This document shows, piece after piece, positions 8,101 to 14,500 of a stretch of 32,000 nt of DNA. The number at the start of each line of letters is the position of its first letter. Positions within the stretch are counted from its first letter, which is position 1. Source of the DNA: Candidatus Peribacter riflensis (GTDB taxonomy: Bacteria; Patescibacteriota; Gracilibacteria; Peribacterales; Peribacteraceae); contig CP013062.1 in the NCBI GenBank assembly GCA_001430755.1, positions 1,200,001 to 1,232,000 on the forward strand, in the 5' to 3' direction. The position numbers and the translations under genes are program-made. A model generated the notes under the pieces. It did not search any database and was not told the origin of the DNA. It saw nothing but the letters and a program-made list of their open reading frames with translations.

Positions 8101-11100
8101 TGGGGGAGTAGGAGCCACACTCACCTGCCGATTGAGCCGGGTAGCAGCCGAGCTCGCAGGTGACGTTGGAAGAAGAAGACGAGCTCTCGAATTGACAGGG
8201 ATCTGCGTCGCAGGAGGCAATGGCTGCGGGCAGGGGACGGCCGCCAGCCGCCTCACAACTCATGATTCCCTGCCGGTCGATGCAGGCGCGGCTCTCGTCG
8301 TAGCAGCAGGTGACGGGAGCGTTGCAGGGATCGGGCGAGCAGGATTTTCTATCCTGCATCACTCTTCCTCGGGGGGGCACCGGGCACTCATTCGTATTGG
8401 TGATGAGGCGGCAGGAGGGTCCGGCGGGGGCACCGGGCACAGGGCCGGGAATCTCACAGCAGACGAAGATCTCCTGCTCGCTGGAATTCTGGTTCGTGGC
8501 ACTCGAAGCTCCCTCGTCTGGGGCGCTCGAAGCATTCTGCAGGTCTGCGCCGCACGAGAATTCCTCGTCGAAACAACTGTCGCTTTCGTGGGGCGTGCCC
8601 CCGTTCTGGCGGCAGAGGCCCGAGGCGATCTCGAAGCAATCTCGGTTCGAAAAGCAGCAGGCGCTGCGAGCACCACAGGGGGTGTCGGCACAGGATTCGA
8701 AGTCGATCCCGTACTGGTAGAATTCTGCTCTGCATTTCTCTGTGTCCGATTGCTCGGTGCAGAGTGAGGTGGAAGGGTCACAGCAGGCTCCCTTCTCGAG
8801 GCAGGGGTTGTCGGGGGAGCATGTGGAGCCCACTCCCTTGAAGGTTCCCTGGCAGCTCTGCTGTGTTTCGTTCGCAGCACAGAGACTGCCCATGCAGCAG
8901 GCTCCTTTCAGGCAGGGGTTATGGGGGGAGCAGGTCGTTGCCGCACCCTGGAATGTTCCCTGGCAGGTCTCGGAGGTCTTGTCCGGAGCACAGCTGTTAC
9001 CCGAACAGCACGCTCCTGTGGGCAGACAGGGATTCTCAGGCGAGCACGCGCTTCCCGCCCCCTTGAATGTTCCCTGGCAGGTCTGCCCGGTTGCGAGCGT
9101 GCAGGCATCACCCGAACAGCATGCGCCTCTGGGCAGGCACGGATTGGTGGGGGAGCAGGTGGTTCCCGCTCCCTGGAAGGTGCCAGTACACGTGTCCAGC
9201 GTCTGGTTTGCGAGACAGCTTTCGCCGGAGCAGCACGCGCCCCTGGGCAGGCAGGGGTTTTGCGGTGAGCAGGTCGAGCCGACCCCCTTGAAGGTTCCCT
9301 GGCAGCTCCCTTGTGTTTGCAGATTGCACTGGTCGCCCGAGCAGCACGCGCCGCTCGGAGGCTGCTGACAGTCGGAGCAGGATCCATTGGGGATGTAGTC
9401 ACCGAAGAGCACCGTGCACCAGAAGTTGCTCATGCTTAAGGAACAGATGTCGCCGAGGTAATTGCAGCACACGCCCGTGCTGTGACAGACAGGATCGTCG
9501 CTGCAGTCAGTGTCATAGCAATCAGTCTGTCCGTCGTTATCATTGTCCTGGCTGTCCGCACAGGCGGTTTCGGGTTCGGGCGATTCCGACGAGGCCTCCG
9601 ACGACTGCGTTCCGCCGCAGCCCACGAGAAGGCATAGATCATTTCCGGCAAGAGGGGAGCCGGACCAGTCCACACAGTTGTCATAGTCGATATCATCAAA
9701 GCAGTTTCCCCCAAAACAACACGAAACCAGGAGTGGGGCGGCAGAACTTTGATTTCCACTTCCGCATCCCATATCCCCACATGTCTGATCCTCATAGAAG
9801 TATCCGCCTCCCGGCGTCCTATCACACGATGCTTGTGTGGTGTTGTTGCTGAGACAGCTGAAATCCACACCACTGCAGCAGGCTCCGCGCGGAGGGGGCT
9901 CTGCCGAGCTCGTCCCTCCGCTTGTGCACCCCACCTGCAGACAGTTCTGATCTTCAAAGAAGGACTCGCCACCCAGAGTGGCGTAACAATTCTCCTCTGT
10001 CGTGTTGTTCTGCAGGCATTGGGGTCCCGCTCCGCCACAGCAGGCTCCCCGTGGCGTCGGGCCGCCGGAGCTCGTCCCGGCGTTCTGGCAGCCCACATCC
10101 CCACACGTCTGATCTTCATAGAAGTAGCTGCCTCCCGGGATCAAATCGCATGAAGCCTGTGTTGTGTTGTTACTCAGGCAGCTGAAATCAAGGGCGCTGC
10201 AGCAGGCTCCCCGTGGCGTCGGGCCGCCGGAGCTCGTCCCGCCTGTCGTACACCTTGCATCCTCACATGTCTGATTCTCATAGAAGTATCCGCCTCCCGG
10301 CGTTGTATCGCATGATGTTTGCGTGGTGTTGTTGCTGAGACAGCTGAAGTCCACAGTGCTGCAGCAGGCTCCGCGGACTGTAGAAGACGACGTTTGGTTA
10401 TAGTCACAGAGATGACACTGACCTTCCATCTGCGTGTTCTCTGGTGTATCGCAGGAGCTCCATGGCATATCTTCACAGTCTCCTGCCTGCTGGCCGCAGC
10501 AGGCGATGAGATCGCATACTCCTCCTGCGCAGGGATTTTCTTCGGAGCTGCTCTGGGTCTCGCAGGGGTTGGGCTGAGAGCATGAGACTGCACCCTGCAT
10601 GGGTGAGCCGCCTATCCCACTGCAATTGTTTGTCAGATTGGTCATGTAGTACGTACAAACGGAGGGATCCGCACCTGTACCGCCGCAGCACGCGCCGAAA
10701 TCATCCGCCAGGTCTTCGCTGCTGGAAGATTGCGGGCAGTGAGCCTCTTGGCAGGTCTCGCCCCGATGGAAAGTGCCCTGGCAGCCGGAGACTGTTTGAT
10801 TGGAGTCGCAGGAGCCATTGACGTGGCAGCATGCTCCCCATGCAGCGCTGCTGGAGTTTCCGGCACAGGCCGCGGGGCAGAAGCCGCCCTCGATGAATTC
10901 GCCGCCCCACTGGTCTTCGCACTGCGACTGTACGGCTTGTGCACAGGATCTATTGGTGCTGCCCTCTTGTGGGCAGCAGGCGCCGAACACCGTATCGTAC
11001 GAGAGCGATGAACCGGCCTCCGAGGCGCGCGACGACGCTGCGGCACTGCTTTCCGCCGGACAGGCATAACAATCCTTATTGGCTTTGAACGAAGCTCCGG

Positions 11101-11446
11101 GATACCTGTCACACTCGCTCCGTGGCATTTCTCCCCAGCAGAACGAGCCTTCACAGCAGGCACCCTGCGTGCCGGTCACTGCACAACTTGTGCACGGCTG
11201 ATTGGGATTGAAGGTGCCCATGTATGCGTCACACTCCGTCTGGGTCATCGTCTCTCCCCAGCAGAATGATCCTGCACAACAGGCGCCGTACCCATGATCA
11301 GTGACCATCGTGCCTTGCAGATGCTCTCCGAAATGTGGGAGCAGCAGTGAGGCCGGAGGAGTGAGCACCTGCTCGGTCACCAGGCTCGTCACGACCAGCG
11401 TCAAGAAGGTTGCCAGTGCGAGCTCGGCGAAGCGCAGGCTGAACAT
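5192..11446 (-). CDS. Giant (2084 aa from ATG 11446) cysteine-rich 'GACC-repeat' surface protein with N-terminal signal-anchor, two Myxococcus-type Cys repeats and a C-terminal hydrophobic tail
   Basis: Single uninterrupted ORF with TAA stop at 5192-5194. The N-terminus MFSLRFAELALATFLTLVVTSLV is hydrophobic. About 36 units begin with [GRVIP][ASTIP]CC, for example RGACCSGESCLANQTLDTCTGTFQGAGTTCSPTNPCLP. A TSP3/MopE-like acidic motif ACADSQDNDNDGQTDCYDTDCSDDPVC is present. The C-terminus is ...CGNGMVEEGEECDGG...RCGDGIVD...ETCDDGELNS...IPIPNAPATFPGTRFITIGILTFLLL*. The ORF-track start at 11455 is a GTG that lies inside a conserved promoter-like box, so I prefer ATG 11446. Confidence 0.9.
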   Translation of the reverse strand: MFSLRFAELALATFLTLVVTSLVTEQVLTPPASLLLPHFGEHLQGTMVTDHGYGACCAGSFCWGETMTQTECDAYMGTFNPNQPCTSCAVTGTQGACCEGSFCWGEMPRSECDRYPGASFKANKDCYACPAESSAAASSRASEAGSSLSYDTVFGACCPQEGSTNRSCAQAVQSQCEDQWGGEFIEGGFCPAACAGNSSSAAWGACCHVNGSCDSNQTVSGCQGTFHRGETCQEAHCPQSSSSEDLADDFGACCGGTGADPSVCTYYMTNLTNNCSGIGGSPMQGAVSCSQPNPCETQSSSEENPCAGGVCDLIACCGQQAGDCEDMPWSSCDTPENTQMEGQCHLCDYNQTSSSTVRGACCSTVDFSCLSNNTTQTSCDTTPGGGYFYENQTCEDARCTTGGTSSGGPTPRGACCSALDFSCLSNNTTQASCDLIPGGSYFYEDQTCGDVGCQNAGTSSGGPTPRGACCGGAGPQCLQNNTTEENCYATLGGESFFEDQNCLQVGCTSGGTSSAEPPPRGACCSGVDFSCLSNNTTQASCDRTPGGGYFYEDQTCGDMGCGSGNQSSAAPLLVSCCFGGNCFDDIDYDNCVDWSGSPLAGNDLCLLVGCGGTQSSEASSESPEPETACADSQDNDNDGQTDCYDTDCSDDPVCHSTGVCCNYLGDICSLSMSNFWCTVLFGDYIPNGSCSDCQQPPSGACCSGDQCNLQTQGSCQGTFKGVGSTCSPQNPCLPRGACCSGESCLANQTLDTCTGTFQGAGTTCSPTNPCLPRGACCSGDACTLATGQTCQGTFKGAGSACSPENPCLPTGACCSGNSCAPDKTSETCQGTFQGAATTCSPHNPCLKGACCMGSLCAANETQQSCQGTFKGVGSTCSPDNPCLEKGACCDPSTSLCTEQSDTEKCRAEFYQYGIDFESCADTPCGARSACCFSNRDCFEIASGLCRQNGGTPHESDSCFDEEFSCGADLQNASSAPDEGASSATNQNSSEQEIFVCCEIPGPVPGAPAGPSCRLITNTNECPVPPRGRVMQDRKSCSPDPCNAPVTCCYDESRACIDRQGIMSCEAAGGRPLPAAIASCDADPCQFESSSSSSNVTCELGCYPAQSAGECGSYSPKDMPGGGICCCPPKKTCCREVLTPFGVGSPPQYTYNWMCTYGGPVTCAEQEMSGTAILRPGTLTEECEQICNCDSLPCKPVDDWGACCDPKTKYDPSPCVDLNVDHFTTAESERPQALCASYGGTFKKQSFCFDDPCDNVRACCTADGCKLLSKSACASQSGEYMENEKECKSSLCRRPCCTAQEKTCSQLTKEQCGVGEFLFSAKECKEDSCNRACCSAEGTCSLLSKQACEKGKGTFRPDAKECSSQGPNAACPLGICCYTYQGQRCDAQGGTSPFFTQGITEEQCKSAYRGYAPVRWVGGVTSCDLVNGQNPCLDPKGICCTGTEAAKNLQCLTVTETECKQFKGEYKGLAASCSECPSDKPACCTWDAEKKTSSCADAPKSGSCGEGKEMKKGMCLSDGCPPEEKPVACCPKISNSQCAVGMKRENCDPDKPINDKNFCEGIVCTVQTEKQAPCCVPGSPGATCEMLTTKACEAKSGAPQSAAACSPTLCDQQKKGACCTREKPDATTRELCLDTSRGKEMTREMCEELLDGDFKPGASCPSDSTAPSNPCNPTTPEQKPKPCCPKNGGACVLSAECDGEVKEGTSCEGISCKEKTGICCYAQDPVSPANLCDALANTYDKCQQKMNGSFRESLSACEIDTCGTKPQGKRTCCVRRQNDALFGGQPFFACEEKGDLDLAANLLANEEPQEVFCIVGGKERCLAAGCFTGPIEEGSSSAGAETSSQEAAEISSVGGGGTAGGGQKSSAADEGGSSSHEAAAASASSAPEKEKGNCCVEGEDFGLCFNDLDRESCEDPFIGGSFFGVGQCFESPSPYTNCGLLPQTGSSSSAEESSSSSQQSSASAGCGNGMVEEGEECDGGEANNDRPNALCRTNCTYSRCGDGIVDRTPPGGRERETCDDGELNSDLTSARCKLTCRYRNTFFTLGQWVQNLQLFAVKGIPIPNAPATFPGTRFITIGILTFLLL
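5195..5554 (-). other. Conserved C-terminal module of gene 2 (2 Cys repeats + RN.F..[LI]G[QE]WV..L.L[FY].V.G.P[IL]PNAP.T + terminal hydrophobic tail), paralogous to 11545-11907
   Basis: Gene 2 reads CGNGMVEEGEECDGGEANNDRPNALCRTNCTYSRCGDGIVDRTPPGGRERETCDDGELNSDLTSARCKLTCRYRNTFFTLGQWVQNLQLFAVKGIPIPNAPATFPGTRFITIGILTFLLL. Gene 3 reads CGDGVLQPALGEECDEGPRNSVAPNAICRPDCKTSRCGDGIVDNEPVIRSRETCDDGALNSEVETALCRTDCKSRNVFYIIGEWVGDLKLYSVNGTPLPNAPKTTIGSSLITIGVLVLFLF. Confidence 0.85.
8790..9365 (-). repeat. Five tandem ~38-aa GACC repeats (RGACCSGxxCxxxxxxxCQGTF[KQ]G[AV]G[ST]xCSPxNPCLP)
   Basis: Translation reads GACCSGDQCNLQTQGSCQGTFKGVGSTCSPQNPCLPRGACCSGESCLANQTLDTCTGTFQGAGTTCSPTNPCLPRGACCSGDACTLATGQTCQGTFKGAGSACSPENPCLPTGACCSGNSC... 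The DNA periodicity is about 114 nt. Confidence 0.9.
9750..10375 (-). repeat. Four tandem 54-55-aa GACC repeats (period 162 nt) with long identical DNA cores
   Basis: The protein unit is PRGACCS.[VL]DFSCLSNNTTQ.SCD..PGG.YFYE[DN]QTC.D..C..GGTSSGGPTPR, repeated four times. The core caggctccccgtggcgtcgggccgccggagctcgtccc is identical at 10041 and 10203, an offset of 162 nt. Confidence 0.9.
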
Positions 11447-11453
11447 TTGATGC

Positions 11454-11462
11454 ACTATACCA
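11454..11462 (-). promoter_or_regulatory. Extended -10 promoter element TGGTATAGT, 7 nt upstream of ATG 11446 (predicts a leaderless mRNA for gene 2)
   Basis: The minus strand reads AAATTTGGTATAGTGCATCAAATGTTCAGC. The block AAATTTGGTATAGTG is identical upstream of paralog gene 3. There is no Shine-Dalgarno sequence. Confidence 0.6.
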
Positions 11463-11541
11463 AATTTGCTGAGCAGAATCGCTTTCTGGTCCAGCGCAAT
11501 CGGGGTGAACGATTATTGGGGGATGGGGAAGGTGGTTCTTT

Positions 11542-14500
11542 TTAGAAGAGGAACAGGACCAGAACGCCGATGGTGATCAGTGAGGAGCCTATCGTGGTCT
11601 TTGGAGCGTTCGGGAGCGGCGTGCCATTCACAGAATAGAGCTTCAGATCCCCGACCCATTCCCCGATGATGTAGAACACATTGCGTGACTTGCAGTCGGT
11701 CCTGCAGAGAGCAGTCTCAACCTCACTGTTGAGTGCACCGTCATCACAGGTTTCTCTGGACCGGATGACAGGCTCGTTATCCACGATGCCATCCCCGCAA
11801 CGCGAGGTTTTGCAGTCTGGACGGCATATGGCATTGGGGGCGACGCTATTCCGCGGGCCTTCGTCACACTCTTCGCCAAGAGCAGGTTGCAGGACACCAT
11901 CGCCACAGATATTTGAAGAACTACTCTCCCCCGAAGAAGAGTGATTTGCAGAAGAACTGCCAACTGTTTCCGCCGACCCGCAATTGTAGCCGCTCCTCGG
12001 AGCCTGAATGCACGGATACTGTCCGAGGTAGATGCCTCCGATGTCAGTATTCTCGCAGACGCTTCGGGCGATCTGGGCAAAGCAAAAACCAAATATTTCA
12101 TCCTCAATGCAGCAATTTCCTGTCTCCATTGGAGCAGAAGAGGCGTCACCGGCAAGAGAGCTTGATTGATGCTGGATGCCGATACTGCTCGTCCCACCTT
12201 CACTGCTGCTTGCCGATTCTGAACTTGGACCGCCATCACTGCTGTTCACTCCTCTGGAACGGGAGGAGGCGGATGCACTCGTCACCGCGCAGAACGGATC
12301 ATGCACACAGTCGTCATCATCGCAATCCGTGTAGCCGTCGAGATCGTTATCCTCAGCATCGCTGCAATCTGTTTCCGCACCCGGTTGCGATGAGGCCGCG
12401 GAAGATGCCGTGCGGCAGGTCATAAAAGAGCAGAGATCGTTACCCGGCAGGGGGAGACCATCCCATTCCAGGCAGTCGTCGTACGCGATGTCATCGAAGC
12501 AGTCCTCAGAAAAACAGCATGAGACCAGAGAGGATGGCATACTGCTCTCACTGCCCGCCGGTTCCGAGCTCCGACTGCTGGGCGCACTGCTCATCGGTCC
12601 TGCGCTGGAGCTGGACCCGGGCGAAATCCTGCAGTCGGCGCAGGTTCCTCCAGAAACGAACCTGCCGAAGAGTACGCTGCACCAGAAGTGTCCGAAACTC
12701 GTGGAGCAGGTGCCGCCGATGAAATCGCAGCAGACGCCGGATGGTTCCAAGGAAGATTGTGAGCTCGAGCTCACAAGGGGAGAAGATGAAGACGAAGAAG
12801 ATGAGGGCAAGGAGGCAGATGAAGATTGTCTACCGCTGCAGGCTCTGGAGTGACAAAGATTGTTACCGGGCAGAGGAGAGCCGTCCCAGTCGATGCAATG
12901 ATCAAGAGAAATATTATCGAAGCAGTCTTCCCAGAAGCAGCAAGAAACCAACAGTGATGAAGAAGAGGATTGGGAGCCTGAACGGGAACTGGGACGGGAA
13001 CTGGAAGTGACAACACCTCCCGCACATCCCACCTCTGTGCAGGTCTGGCCAGCAAAGAAAAACGCACCTAACTGTATGACACTGCATAATGCCTGCGTTG
13101 TGCTGTTACTCAGGCACTGTAAGTTCACCGCACTGCAACAGGCACCCGTGGGGGCGCTGGAGCTGACTGCCGTGCATCGGGCATCCGCACATGTCTGTCC
13201 CGCGTAGAAGTACGCCCCGCCGGGCGAGAGATTGCACAGAGCCTCTGTCGTGCCATTCTGAAGACACAGAAAATCCACCGCACTGCAGCAGGCTCCCGTG
13301 GCGGGAAGGCTTGAGCTGCTTGCTGCCGTGGTAGGGCACTGGGCATCCGCACATGTCTGTCCCGCGTAGAAGTACGCCCCGCCGGGCGAGAGATTGCACA
13401 GAGCCTCTGTCGTGCTGTCGTTGAGACACAGGCGGTCTAAGTTTCTGCAACAGGCCCCTGTGGGACCGCTGGAGCTGGAGCTGGGAATGAGACTACTGGA
13501 ACTGCTCTGTCCGCCGGGGCACTGTGCCTGTGCACATGTCCGATTGGCGTAGAAGTACGCCCCTTCCGGATGGTCATACCAGCAATCGGCTTCAGTCGTT
13601 CTGTTGGCCAGACACAGTTTGCTTCCGTACCGGCAGCAGGCCCCCATGACGGGAGTGCTGGAGCTGGAGATGTTGTCCGGGCAACCAATGGCTGCACAGT
13701 TTTCGCCTTCGAAGTAGGTCACGCCTCTCAATACGTTGTAGCAGTAATCCTGCGTCGTATTGTTCGCGAGGCACAGGTAATCTCCCCCTCTGCAACAGGC
13801 TCCTCCGGTGGTGCATCCCTGTTGCGCGCAGGTTGTTCCTGCATAGAAATTGATGCCGTCAGGCGTCAGGTTGCAGAGTTCCTGCGTCGTGTTATCCAGC
13901 CGGCAGACACCTGACAGGGTGCAGCAGGCACCAATGGGAGCAGGGGAACCAGAGCTGCTTCCTCCGCCCGGGCACTGTGCCTGTGCACACGTCTGATTGG
14001 CATAGAAGTACGCTCCTTCCGGAAACGCATAAAAGCACCAGGCTTCGGATGTCCTGTTACTCAGGCACAGTTTGCTTCCGTACCGGCAGCAGGCGCCCAT
14101 GACAGCTGAGCTGGAAGAGTCCCCTTCGGGGCAGCCGATGGAGGCACAGGTTTCACCCTCGGCGTAGGTCACACCGTTCAGAACGTTGTAGCAGTGGTCC
14201 TGCGTCGTATTGTTCGCGAGGCACAGGTAATCTCCCCCTCTGCAACAGGCTCCTCCGGTGGTGCATCCCTGTTGCGCGCAGGTTGTTCCTGCATAGAAAT
14301 TGGTACCGTCCGGTGTCTGGTCACACAGTTCCTGCGTCGTGTTATCCAGCCGGCAGACACCTGACAGGGTGCAGCAGGCACCAATGGGACCCTCAGATGA
14401 TGAAGATGAAGGCTCGTCCGATGAAGACGATGATTCGTATTCACACTGGCTACACAAGCCCGGAGGCATGGTGTTCTCAGGCGTGCCGCAGGCGGAGAGC

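Noticed and set aside
8790-10375. Regular ~114-nt and 162-nt DNA periodicity, considered as a CRISPR-like array.
   Set aside because: The periodic units are in-frame protein repeats inside a 6.2-kb ORF. The unit lengths and the lack of a short-repeat/unique-spacer structure do not fit CRISPR.
11375-11446. N-terminus MFSLRFAELALATFLTLVVTSL, considered as a type IV pilin-like (class III) signal.
   Set aside because: There is no G/F cleavage context. The Glu is at position +7 rather than +5 of a putative mature end. The related gene 7 N-terminus has no Glu at all. A generic signal-anchor is more likely.
13486-14385. Near-identical repeat pair with a clustered mismatch patch, considered as a diversity-generating retroelement template/variable repeat pair.
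   Set aside because: The substitutions in the patch are of mixed types (C/G, C/T, A/G, T/A, G/T), not adenine-specific. Both copies are in-frame parts of one CDS. No reverse transcriptase is present in the window.
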